From NCBI GenBank assembly GCA_031425655.1, contig JANPJS010000034.1:1-64000 (forward strand): 64,000 bases of DNA, given 5' to 3'. This DNA is from Abditibacteriaceae bacterium (GTDB lineage: Bacteria; Armatimonadota; Abditibacteriia; Abditibacteriales; Abditibacteriaceae). The translations under genes were made by a program, and so were the position numbers. Below the pieces are notes generated by a model, which was given only the letters and a program-made list of their open reading frames with translations, did no database searches and was not told where the DNA came from. Positions 37,048 to 47,000 of this stretch are shown here, piece by piece (within the stretch, counting starts at the first letter, position 1; every line of letters starts with the position of its first letter).

Positions 37048-38815
37048 ACGGTCGCCCCAATTTGGCGCAAAGCTCGCTTTCGCAGGCTCCTTTTTCAAAA
37101 GCCGATTCTTCGTTAGCAGGCTTTGCGCGGTTGTCGCCTTGTTTTTAGGCGCAGGTCAGGTGAAATGTGCCGAAATTCCGCGCCCGACGCTGGTGCGCGA
37201 TGTCGTCGGCGTAACGCACGTCGCCGGGAAATACAACTTTACCGACAGCGATTTTCTCAACGAAGGCGCCGATAAAATCCTCGAACTCGGCTCGCGCGTG
37301 ATTAAAGTCTGGTTTATGAAACCAGACACGTCATATCCCTTCAACTCGCAGTGGCCGCCAGCAAAAAACTTGGTTGAACTGGCGCAAACGCCTTATTTTA
37401 AAACGCTTTTTGCCAAGCCGTTTACAACTTTCGTGCTGGAAACTTACGTGCCGGGGCGCGGCGATCATTACTACAAAAACGGCATGACGGCGGCTCAGAT
37501 TCAAACCGAAAGCGACGACTTTTACACGCTGACAAAGCACCTTTTGCAAACCTACAAAGGCAGCGGCAAAACTTTTGTTTTGCAAAACTGGGAAGGCGAT
37601 TGGTCGCTGATTGGCGCCGGCTCCAATGATGAGCCGACGCAAACACAAATTGACGGCATGATTCAATGGCTGAACGCACGTCAGGACGGCGTGGACAAAG
37701 CGCGTCGTGAGTTGGGCGCAACCGGTGTGACCGTCGCGCACGCGGCGGAAGTTAATTTGATCAAGCGCGCGATGGACGGCAAAAAATCGGTCACCAACGA
37801 CGTTTTGCCCAAAACGCACTGCGATTTATATTCGACTTCGGCCTACGATATTCAAGACAATGCCAAAACGCTGATGGCCGGTTTGGATTATTTAGCTTCT
37901 AAAGCGCCGGACAGCGCGCTTTACGGCGCCAAAAACATCTTCGTCGGCGAGTTTGGCTTTCCCGAAAACGGCGCCGGAATCGGGCCGCAAAAACAACGCG
38001 ACAAAACGCGCGCGGCCTTGCAGACGGCTTTGCGCTGGGGCGTGCGCTATGCGCTTTACTGGGAACTATATTGCAACGAAAAAGCGCGCGAATTTGAAGG
38101 CAAACCGCGAAACGAAGATATGCGCGGCTTCTGGCTGATACGCCCCGATGGGTCGAAGGCGCCGCTGTGGGATTACTTGAAAAAGATTATGGATTGGAAC
38201 GTGGACGAGGCAGCACTGCCTTTTATCGAAGACATTCGCGCGTTTGAGGCGGCGGATGCGAAGGCGTTTCCCGCGCCCAATCAAATTGTCTTCGTCGGCA
38301 GTTCCAGCTTTACCAACTGGGCGAACATGGCGCGCGATTTAGCGCCGTTTCCTGTCGTGCGGCGCGGTTTTGGCGGCTCGCAAATGGACGACAGCTTGCG
38401 CTACGCCGGGCGCGTCGTGATTCCCTATAAACCCAAAATGGTCGTGGTTTACGCGGGCGATAACGACCTTGCGAATGGTCGCACGCCGCAGGCCATACTT
38501 GATGATTTCAAAGCGATGGTTGCCAATATTCACGCGGCGCTGCCCGACACCAAAATCGCTTATCTTTCCATTAAACCGAGCATCGCGCGCTGGCATTTAA
38601 TCGAGAAAATTCGCCAGGCCAATGGTCTAATCCAAAACTGGACGATTCAGGATGCGCGCCTTTCTTACATTGACATTTTCCCGGCCACGCTTGGCGCGGA
38701 TAATCAGCCAAACCCCGACATTTTTCTCGAAGATAATCTGCACATCAACCAAAAGGGCTACGATTTGTGGGCGCAGGTCATCAAAGCGCATTTAGCGCAG
38801 AACTTTCAACCTTAA
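37037..38815 (+). CDS. Secreted fusion: TIM-barrel glycoside-hydrolase-like domain plus SGNH/GDSL esterase
   Basis: QNWEGDW and GEFGFPE in the N-terminal half; FVGSSS, RGFGGS, YAGDND and DNLH in the C-terminal half. Confidence 0.75.
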   Translation: MIFKRSPQFGAKLAFAGSFFKSRFFVSRLCAVVALFLGAGQVKCAEIPRPTLVRDVVGVTHVAGKYNFTDSDFLNEGADKILELGSRVIKVWFMKPDTSYPFNSQWPPAKNLVELAQTPYFKTLFAKPFTTFVLETYVPGRGDHYYKNGMTAAQIQTESDDFYTLTKHLLQTYKGSGKTFVLQNWEGDWSLIGAGSNDEPTQTQIDGMIQWLNARQDGVDKARRELGATGVTVAHAAEVNLIKRAMDGKKSVTNDVLPKTHCDLYSTSAYDIQDNAKTLMAGLDYLASKAPDSALYGAKNIFVGEFGFPENGAGIGPQKQRDKTRAALQTALRWGVRYALYWELYCNEKAREFEGKPRNEDMRGFWLIRPDGSKAPLWDYLKKIMDWNVDEAALPFIEDIRAFEAADAKAFPAPNQIVFVGSSSFTNWANMARDLAPFPVVRRGFGGSQMDDSLRYAGRVVIPYKPKMVVVYAGDNDLANGRTPQAILDDFKAMVANIHAALPDTKIAYLSIKPSIARWHLIEKIRQANGLIQNWTIQDARLSYIDIFPATLGADNQPNPDIFLEDNLHINQKGYDLWAQVIKAHLAQNFQP

Positions 38816-38912
38816 GCCGCACCGTCGGGAACCGCATTTGCGCCCGCGTGTCGTTGAATGCGAACTTATTTGGGCAGCTTTCCCGCTGCCCTTTTTGCAT
38901 TTGGAGATTCTC

Positions 38913-40724
38913 ATGGCCCGAAAAAACGACCGCAATCGCGGCGGCGATAACAACGATTTCGACTCCTCCGACGACATCAATTTCAGCAACAGCCCGTTTC
39001 AAGGCTTGCCCGAAACGCATTTGCAATCGTCGGCTCTGCTCGACGAAATTCTGACGAATTATCCGCACCCCGACACGCGGGCGCGGCAGTATTTAATGCT
39101 GTTGCGTCATCAGTTGGCAACCGACGACAATCAACTCGAAGAAGCACGTCAGGCGCTTCAGGAATTCGAGGAGGTTTATAACAAGCTCACGCAACCGGCC
39201 AACCGCATCGGCGTTTACATCGCCAAATTAGATGGCGACAAGCCGAAAAGCAAAAAGCGTAAGCTGCCGTTTCAATCGCAGGAAGCGGCGCCCAAAGAAA
39301 ACCATCTCATTGCGGTTGGCGATCAGGAGTTCATCGTCGGCGCCGATCCGATGCTTGAAGACAGTGACTTCGCCGCCGGCACGCGCGTGACGGTCAACGA
39401 AGCCTACGTTATCGTCGGCGATTTAGGCCCGGCGACCAACGGCCCGGTCGTGAAAATCAGCGAAGTTTTGGACGATGGTCGTCTGCGCGTGGCGATGGAC
39501 TCTCAGGGAATGCAGTCGCGTCTTGTCTATCGCGGCGATTCGTTGAAAGAATTGGATTTAAAAGCCGGCGACGAAGTTCGCATGGAGCCGAATTTCAAAG
39601 TCGCGCTCGAACGCTTCGGGCAAAGCGAAAACAAAGAGTATTTTCTGGACACGGTGCCGGAGCTTCCCTGGGAGAAAATCGGCGGTCAGGAAGAAGCGAT
39701 TGAGCTTATCAAAGACACCATCGAATTGCCGCTGATTTACCCCGAACTGTTCGAGCGTTTCGGCAAAAAGCCGCTTAAAGGAATCCTGCTTTACGGCCCG
39801 CCGGGCTGCGGTAAAACGCTCATCGGTAAAGCGACGGCTTATAATGTCACGCGCGCCTTCAACGACCGCACCGGGCAAGAGCTGAAAGAGTATTTTATGC
39901 TCATCAACGGCCCGCAGATTCTCAATATGTGGCTGGGCGAAACCGAGCGGCAGATTCGGGAAATCTTTCAGGTCGCGCGCGAAAAAGCCAAGTCGGGCCA
40001 CTTGGTTTTCATCTTTATTGACGAAGCCGAAAGCATTTTACGCACGCGCAGCGCCGGGCGCGGCGGCTATATGCAAAACACCATCGTGCCGATGTTTTGC
40101 GCTGAAATGGATGGACTTGTCGCTTTAGAAAACGTTATCGTGATCCTGACCAGCAATCGCCCGGATTACATTGATCCGGCGATTTTGCGCCCCGAACGCA
40201 TTGATCGCAAAGTCAAAATCCGCCGCCCGGACAAAGCCAGCGCACGCCAGATTTTCGATATTTATCTGCGCAAAGACTTGCCGTATTCGCCGGATTTGTT
40301 GAAAGAGTTCGATGGCGATGTCGAAAAAGCGCGGCAGGGCTTGATAGATCACGCGATGGAAAAAGTGTTCCGCAAAGCGCCGGACACCGAATTTGTCGAG
40401 GTTTACACGCGCAGCGGCGGCGTCGAAACGCTGCACTTCAAAGACTTGCTCAGCGGCGCCTTAATCATGAGTTTGGTGGAGCGCGCCAAAGACTTCGCCA
40501 TCAAGCGCAGCATTGACGTGAAGAGTTCCAACGAAGGCATCAGCCGCGACGACATGGCGCGCAGCATCGAAAGCGAGTTCAAGGAAAACGAGATTTTCCC
40601 CAAGACCGATAATCTCGAAGATTGGCTGAAATTGCTCGATTACGAGCCGGAAAACGTGGTGACCATCAAGCCGATTCGTCCCGGCGCGAAGGAAAAATAC
40701 ACCGCGCGCAACGGCGTGATTTAA
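38913..40724 (+). CDS. arc: ARC/Mpa-like proteasome-associated AAA+ ATPase
   Basis: Coiled coil plus LTQPAN; VPELPWEKIGG, YGPPGCGKTLIGKA, GETERQIR, FIDEAE, SNRPDYIDPAILRP, SGALI and EN..P motifs. Confidence 0.8.
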   Translation: MARKNDRNRGGDNNDFDSSDDINFSNSPFQGLPETHLQSSALLDEILTNYPHPDTRARQYLMLLRHQLATDDNQLEEARQALQEFEEVYNKLTQPANRIGVYIAKLDGDKPKSKKRKLPFQSQEAAPKENHLIAVGDQEFIVGADPMLEDSDFAAGTRVTVNEAYVIVGDLGPATNGPVVKISEVLDDGRLRVAMDSQGMQSRLVYRGDSLKELDLKAGDEVRMEPNFKVALERFGQSENKEYFLDTVPELPWEKIGGQEEAIELIKDTIELPLIYPELFERFGKKPLKGILLYGPPGCGKTLIGKATAYNVTRAFNDRTGQELKEYFMLINGPQILNMWLGETERQIREIFQVAREKAKSGHLVFIFIDEAESILRTRSAGRGGYMQNTIVPMFCAEMDGLVALENVIVILTSNRPDYIDPAILRPERIDRKVKIRRPDKASARQIFDIYLRKDLPYSPDLLKEFDGDVEKARQGLIDHAMEKVFRKAPDTEFVEVYTRSGGVETLHFKDLLSGALIMSLVERAKDFAIKRSIDVKSSNEGISRDDMARSIESEFKENEIFPKTDNLEDWLKLLDYEPENVVTIKPIRPGAKEKYTARNGVI

Positions 40725-40725
40725 C

Positions 40726-40769
40726 AACAGAGCGGGCCAACGCATTATGCAGCGGCCCGCTCTGTTTTT
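40726..40769 (+). terminator. Intrinsic terminator
   Basis: aacagagcgggcc...ggcccgctctgtt followed by a T run. Confidence 0.72.
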
Positions 40770-40800
40770 GAAGGGCTATAATCAATAATGGTGATGCCAG

Positions 40801-41154
40801 ATGAAGCAAATTCTTTTCTCACTTTTGCGTTTTGCAAACCTTGCATACATGGGTTTTTCTGACCTTCGGCAATGGGAAAAAATCAGGGCACAGGGTTCGG
40901 CGCGTTTCATTTTTTCGCGCAGTATTGTGATGACCTGTTGGTGGAGCGCGCTTATCGGTTCTTCCTTTTACATTTGGGGAGACCCTATTTCCTTCAGCCC
41001 CAAAGGCATTTTGATTTTATTTGGGTGTTCCTATCCAATGGGTTTGATTTCGGCCTTCGGAGCATGGGGCGATTGTGAAACGTGGTATCTCAAAAAGCGG
41101 AATGAAGAATCCAAGCCTGCCACGGACAAAAACGGCAACTCCGCAAACGCCTGA
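40801..41154 (+). CDS. Small hypothetical membrane protein
   Basis: 117 aa with two hydrophobic helices; lower GC; TATAAT at 40777-40782. Confidence 0.65.
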   Translation: MKQILFSLLRFANLAYMGFSDLRQWEKIRAQGSARFIFSRSIVMTCWWSALIGSSFYIWGDPISFSPKGILILFGCSYPMGLISAFGAWGDCETWYLKKRNEESKPATDKNGNSANA

Positions 41155-41224
41155 CGTGGTGACCATCAAGCCGATTCGTCCCGGCGCGAAGGAAAAATAT
41201 ACCGCGCGCAGCGGCGTGATTTGA
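41154..41224 (+). repeat. Second copy of the last 71 bp of the arc-like gene
   Basis: 68/71 identical to 40654-40724, 500 bp downstream. Confidence 0.95.
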
Positions 41225-41240
41225 GGCTGCCGGAGCAAAA

Positions 41241-41280
41241 GCAAACGGGAACAGAAAAGTCTGTTCCCGTTTGCGTTTGT
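41241..41280. terminator. Bidirectional terminator hairpin
   Basis: gcaaacgggaacaga / tctgttcccgtttgc. Confidence 0.75.
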
Positions 41281-41286
41281 GTCATT

Positions 41287-41826
41287 TTAGCGCGCTTCAA
41301 CGAGATTGTTGAGCAGATTTTTAAGTGCAACGTCCGCGTGCGCATCGGGCGCGAGACCGCCGAAGCCGCGAAAAACGATGCGATCCTGAATATGGCTGGA
41401 AACCGTGTTGACTTCCATTTCTACGGGAAACAGCGCCAACAGCGATGCCTGAGAAAGCAATTTTCCCAAAAATCCGACCTGATCCGGCCCTTCGAGATGC
41501 ACTTCGATGCCCTCATCGCGTTTGCGGGCAAGGCGGAATGCGGTTAATTTAGGCATTCCGGTGCCGCTTAACAGCGATTTAGTCTGCGCCAGCGCCACGT
41601 AATCCATATATTCAGGCGTGGCATCGCTATGTTTGAAATCGAGACGAAAAGTCGCATCCCACCGCCGCGTGCTGTCTTGAATCGCCTTCCCGGATAGCAC
41701 GGAGACTTTGGAATCCGCCAGACCCGAAAACAGAAAAACCATCCAGTGAGGATGAGGAAAAAAACCGTAAATGCTCAGCTCGTAGGAGCCGTTGGCAAGA
41801 TGTGAAAGCGAGGAACGCGGCGTCAT
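41287..41826 (-). CDS. Hypothetical protein, likely tandem ACT-like domains
   Basis: VHLEGPDQVGFLGKL resembles the ACT signature; ACAGGAG RBS. Confidence 0.6.
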   Translation of the reverse strand: MTPRSSLSHLANGSYELSIYGFFPHPHWMVFLFSGLADSKVSVLSGKAIQDSTRRWDATFRLDFKHSDATPEYMDYVALAQTKSLLSGTGMPKLTAFRLARKRDEGIEVHLEGPDQVGFLGKLLSQASLLALFPVEMEVNTVSSHIQDRIVFRGFGGLAPDAHADVALKNLLNNLVEAR

Positions 41827-41935
41827 AAAAACTCCTGTGAGCGTTAATTTATCAGGCCTCTGTTTCCGGCAGATTAAAGATTTTCGTGAATTCTCTGGGT
41901 TTTTACTCGAAAAAGATGACAGGCATCGAAAAGCG

Positions 41936-41971
41936 ACAACGCCGGAGCAATTGCTCCGGCGTTGTTGTTTT
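41936..41971. terminator. Terminator-like palindrome downstream of the GH2 gene
   Basis: acaacgccggagcaa / ttgctccggcgttgt. Confidence 0.65.
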
Positions 41972-42005
41972 CTATCAACTCTGCGATTTCAGCAGCGCAG
42001 TTTCG

Positions 42006-43925
42006 TTACTTCTTTGGCGTGGCTTTCGTCGGCTTGGCGACCGGCGCTTTGGCGACCGGCGCTGCTTTAGCCGATTTGCCATCTAACTTTTCGATGGCGG
42101 CTTTGCGCGTTTGCGCTTTGCGAATGCGCTTCATGTCGAATTTCAGTGAGCGGTCGAAGTTGTAGATGCCGTTTTCTTCGAGAAACACGTCGGTGAGCTG
42201 CGTGTAGCAGTATCCGAACATATCGGGATTATCGAGCAGCACGCCGCACAAGCCCTCAAAGCGCGTGTAGAACTCCTCAATGGTGCGAGGCCGCTTGCCA
42301 TAACCCCACGACTGCTTGACATCGGTTTGCGGACGCCACCAGATGCCGCCGAATTCGGACACGAAGAACGGCTGGCCGCGATAATGAACGCTCCACGGCT
42401 TGTCGGGCGGGCCGTTGTAAAACGGCTTGCCTGCGGCTAAGCCTTCCTGGTTTTTGGCGAACTTTTTCGGGTCTTGCTCGTAGTCGTGGCAATCGTAAAT
42501 ATCGGTTTCAGGAATGCGGTGCGAATAACCGGACGCATCGAGAACCGGGCGCGTCTGGTCAATGGCTTTGGTGCCCCAGAACATGGCGTGCGTGGCGTCA
42601 TCGAGAAGGGAAATCTGCGAGCGAATCTCCTCGTAGGTTTCATTCAGCGGGCACCATCCGACAATGCTGGGATGCGAATAATCGCGCTCGACGCATTCCG
42701 TCCACTGCGCGGCGCAGGTAATGCCCGGCTTCAAAATATTATCGTCGTGGCCGCGCAAACCCCAATCGGGAAACTCACTCCACACGATGTAGCCCAGTTT
42801 GTCGCAGTGATAAAGAAAGCGTTCCTCGAAGACTTTCTGGTGCAATCGCGCGCCGTTGAAACCTGCCGCGATGGAGAGCTTGATGTCGTTGACGAGCGCG
42901 TCTTCAGTGGGCGCGGTCATAATGCCGTCGGCGTAATAACCCTGATCGAGAACAAGGCGTTGAAAGACGGATTTGCCGTTGATTTTCACGGCTTTGCCGA
43001 CGATAGTGACCGAGCGCAGGCCTGCATAGCTTTGCAGCGCGTCTTTAACTTGGCCGTTGGCATCCAATAATTCGATGAGCACATCATAAAGAAACGGGTC
43101 TTCGATAGACCACAAACGGCGGCGTTTTTCGGGAATTTCCAGCGCCAGATAGGGAATCATGTCGCTTTCGGCCTCGATTTGCTTTTGGATGACGACGCCT
43201 TGCTCGTCGCTGAGCGTGGCGCGCAGAAAAAGGCCGCCTCGCGGGCCGGTTAACGGCTGTTCAATGCGAATAATGCCGTGCGCGACGTTGGGCGTCAGGC
43301 GCGGGCGACGCAGATAGCATTTGGGCACCGGTTCCATCCACACGGTTTGCCAGATGCCCGTCGTGCGCGTGTAAAGGCACGAATGATTTTCGTAGCGTTG
43401 CGATTGCTTGCCGCGCGGCTGCACCGGTTGCGCGTAATCACGCGCCCGCACGATAATGGTCACGGTGTCGCCGCCTTTGGCGATGCCTTCGAGGTTGGCC
43501 GAAAACGGCGTAAAACCGCCGCGATGCCGCACCACTTCGCGGCAGGTGCCATCCGGCAAAGCAATCCAGACGGTTGTGTCGTAGTCACACGCTTGAAAGC
43601 GCAAAAGCACGTTTTGTGCGCCCCATTCGGCGGGAATCGTCACCTCGCGCCGATACCAAACCGCATTCAGAAAATCGGTGTCGCCGATGCCCGACAACTC
43701 CGATTCGGGGCAAAACGGCACGATGATTTTGCTTTCCAAGTCGCGCGCTTTGAGTCCGCGCTCTTCACCACTGTCGCCTTTATCAATTTCAAACTGCCAT
43801 TCGCCGTTCAAACACAGCCATTGGTCGCGCACAAATTGCGGGCGCGGATATTCGGGGCGCGGCACGTTGGGCGCCGCTGCGTCGGCGGATTGAACCGCTT
43901 GGTCACTCGTTTTCTTTGCAGCCAT
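42006..43925 (-). CDS. GH2-family glycoside hydrolase
   Basis: PRPEYPRPQF, LNGEWQF, GIWQTVW, RLHQKV, WCPLNE and SEFGG motifs; GAGGAG RBS before ATG 43925. Confidence 0.9.
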   Translation of the reverse strand: MAAKKTSDQAVQSADAAAPNVPRPEYPRPQFVRDQWLCLNGEWQFEIDKGDSGEERGLKARDLESKIIVPFCPESELSGIGDTDFLNAVWYRREVTIPAEWGAQNVLLRFQACDYDTTVWIALPDGTCREVVRHRGGFTPFSANLEGIAKGGDTVTIIVRARDYAQPVQPRGKQSQRYENHSCLYTRTTGIWQTVWMEPVPKCYLRRPRLTPNVAHGIIRIEQPLTGPRGGLFLRATLSDEQGVVIQKQIEAESDMIPYLALEIPEKRRRLWSIEDPFLYDVLIELLDANGQVKDALQSYAGLRSVTIVGKAVKINGKSVFQRLVLDQGYYADGIMTAPTEDALVNDIKLSIAAGFNGARLHQKVFEERFLYHCDKLGYIVWSEFPDWGLRGHDDNILKPGITCAAQWTECVERDYSHPSIVGWCPLNETYEEIRSQISLLDDATHAMFWGTKAIDQTRPVLDASGYSHRIPETDIYDCHDYEQDPKKFAKNQEGLAAGKPFYNGPPDKPWSVHYRGQPFFVSEFGGIWWRPQTDVKQSWGYGKRPRTIEEFYTRFEGLCGVLLDNPDMFGYCYTQLTDVFLEENGIYNFDRSLKFDMKRIRKAQTRKAAIEKLDGKSAKAAPVAKAPVAKPTKATPKK

Positions 43926-44039
43926 TGAGTTAAAAACTCTCCTCAAATTTGGGTCAATCCCTGCAATTTTAGATGCCTCGTCTGCGTTGGGCAACCCGCT
44001 TATTATCCAGCCGCCGGGATAATCGAATTGTTCTGGAAA

Positions 44040-47000
44040 TTATCGGCGTGGCCCCTCAATCGCGTCTCCGATTTTGTCACGCAGCTTTAAAAGCGCGGTC
44101 GGATCGCTCTGATTTTTGCTGGAATAACGGCCTCCGGCGTTGGGAATCGAGACTTGATTCTCCGTTTCGCGCAGCAGGGCCATCAGGAAGATTTCGCGGG
44201 CCAAAACGACGGTAATGCCGTTCTCATTCCATAACTTTTTGTGTAGCAACCGCAAATATTCGTAATCTTCGGCGCCGTCGCGCACGGCTTCGAGGCGAAT
44301 GCTGGAAATCGGGCCGTCTTTACTGGGATAAGCTAAATAGCCGTCGCCATTGGGATAGCGAATGTAATATCCGGCGCTTTTTTCGCTGTCGGACTGCGAA
44401 ATATAGCGGTGCCAGCCGAAACGGTGCGGGTCGAGAGTCCACCAATTGACGCCCCAGAATTCAAAGCCTTTGACGCCATATTTGAAGCAGGCCCACGACA
44501 GCAAACGCTCGGTGCCGAGATAGGGCGTGTCGAGGCATTGCTGGCCATCGGTGGTGAACCAGAACGAATCGCCCGCCTTCTTCCGCTCTTTAATATCCGC
44601 GACGGGAAACATTCCGACGTGCCCGGCGCCCCAGCGCGTGACGGCACCGTCGAGAGCTTTCATGTGCGTCCAAGTGCTGGAATAAATCGGCAGGCCGGGC
44701 ACAGTTTTTTGCACGAAACGGGAGAATTTCTGCAAATTCTCCGCGACTTCGGGCGTGTCGAACGGCTCGTCGCTGAGATAAAACGTGAATTTGCTCAGCC
44801 AGCCTTTAGCGCGGACGTGATCGGCCCACAGTTTCAGCGCGCCGCCGAAAGTTTTTTCCCATTCGGGCGTGAAAGCCGTCGTGCCGAGAAATTTGCGCGG
44901 CGCATAGGCCCAGCCAAGCGCGTAGAATTGGTCGGGCGTATACATCGTGCTCATGCCGAGTTCATCGAAGCACAGCGCGGCGGCCTTGTCATAGTCGGCG
45001 AAATCGGCTTTGACTTCACCGTTTTCGAGCGTGAATTTCGGCTCCGGCAGATAGCCCGGCGAAACGTGATGCTCGGCCAAAAAGCGATACCAACTGGCTT
45101 CGCTCGGCGCTTTTGGCCCGCGTAAATCGAAGGTGATTTGCAGCGACGGCGTTTTCGGCAGCATGAAGCTACGCAGATGCACCCGCAACGGGATTTTACG
45201 GCTGCCAATCGAAATCTCGCCTTTATAATCGCTCGTATATTCGCCATTATAAAGTCTCGGCACGGCGCTTTCCGGCGCGTGAACGATAAAATAAAGCGGC
45301 TGCGCTTCGCCGGCATTGAGTTGGACGCTGTCGCCGTTTTTCAATGGATAAAGCGGGTCGGGCCAGTCGCCGGCCCAGCCGTCAGAGCCGGGCGTGCCCG
45401 TTGGGATTTTGCGCTCCCACGCTTTGGCTTTGTCGAGACGATAATAGTTCGTTGGATAGTCCACCGGAACATAGCCGACGCGCGCAATTTCAACCGGCAG
45501 CGTCTCGCCCGCCGCGTTTTTCAGCGGGCTAACGGCGATTTTTACGCTGCTCGGTTTGGCGCTTCGCAGAACGAGTTGCAGCGACTCGCGCTCGTTGCGC
45601 GCGAGGGAAATTTCGCACGCTTTCACGTCCGGATGAACGGCGTCATCTTTGAAAATCTTCAACGCCGTAGACGCCTGCCAGACTCGTAATTCCGGCGCTG
45701 GATGGGGCGCAGGAGCGGACGACGCGCGCAACGGCCCGACGCTGGCGGTCAGCGTTTCCTTCAGTTGGCGCACCACGACGCCATCGTGCCAGAGCGTGCC
45801 CGTTGTGTTGGTCGTCAGGTGAATCTCTATGAATTTGGCATCCGGCGGCGCAGTCACGATATTTTGCCGCCACGTCCAGTCGTTCGTGCCCGAAAGCGCC
45901 AGGCCGGCGCCAGTGAAGGCGTTTTCCTTGACGAGTTTCTTACCGGCACCGCGCCAGTGCGCGTTGAGTTCTGCGCCGCCGGAATCTTTAGTTCTGAGCC
46001 ATGCGCCAATAAGATATTTGGCGCCCGCTTGCACCGGCGCGAATTGATGCCATCCGCTCCAATTCGCTTTGGCATCCGGCGGAATCGTCAGTTCGACGGC
46101 CCAGTTGCCGTCTTTGCCGCCGCGCACGCGCTTCGCACTTCCAACCGGCTTGCCGTCCGTCTTTTGCGCGGAGAGTGGCCAACTGTTCGGCAAGTCGCCG
46201 CCGCTTTCAAAACTGGCGTTTTGCAGACGATTAACCGGGCCTTCGGCGAGTGCGGCTTCGGCGAGCGTTGGGCTGGGGCGAAGATTTTTGTCCGATGATA
46301 GCAGAAGCTTGAAGGTTTCAACGCCGTTCAATGGAAAAAAGCTCGTTTGAAATGTAAGAATTCCTTTGTCGAGCCGGGCCGGATGTATCCAATTCCCTTC
46401 ACTGACAAGCTGCCAATAAACTGGCTGCCGTAATCGGGAAATGAACAACGCGCGTTGTAAATTGGCGGTGACTAAGGTGGGAATAGCTTTGGCCTGGATG
46501 TGATAAACGGTGATTGGCACAACAAGTAATGGATTGACACGGGGCAAAAAAGCTCGTTGGTGGGCGACCGGTCTCGGTTTTAATTTAACGGTTTCTACTG
46601 CTCCAACGTCCAACTTTGCCGCGCCGTTTTCGCCGCCGCTTATTTTCAGCGACACGTCGTCGAACCACGCTTTGCCGGTTCCGTAAAGCACGGTGCCGAT
46701 GTCCATCGTGGCGCCGGTTTCGGGCACGATGAAAGTCGCTATTGCTTCTTTCCAATCGAACGTGCCGTCGCCGGCTTTTATGACTTGATTGACAATCTGC
46801 GGCTTGGCGCCGTTGACATGAACGTAGAATCCGGCGCTGCCGACGACGTTTTCGCCCTTGACCCACGCGCGAAGCTCGATTTGCTGCCCCGGCGCGACGG
46901 GAAGGCCGGTTTGCGCCCATTTAAACCATTCGGACGACGCGCCGGGTTTGGCTTCGGCATAAAGCGCCTTTTTGCCCGAACGCGCGTCGCTTTCCCAGCG

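Noticed and set aside
42030..42066. 15-bp tandem duplication in the GH2 tail (AKAPVAK)
   Set aside because: Ordinary low-complexity Lys/Ala/Pro tail.
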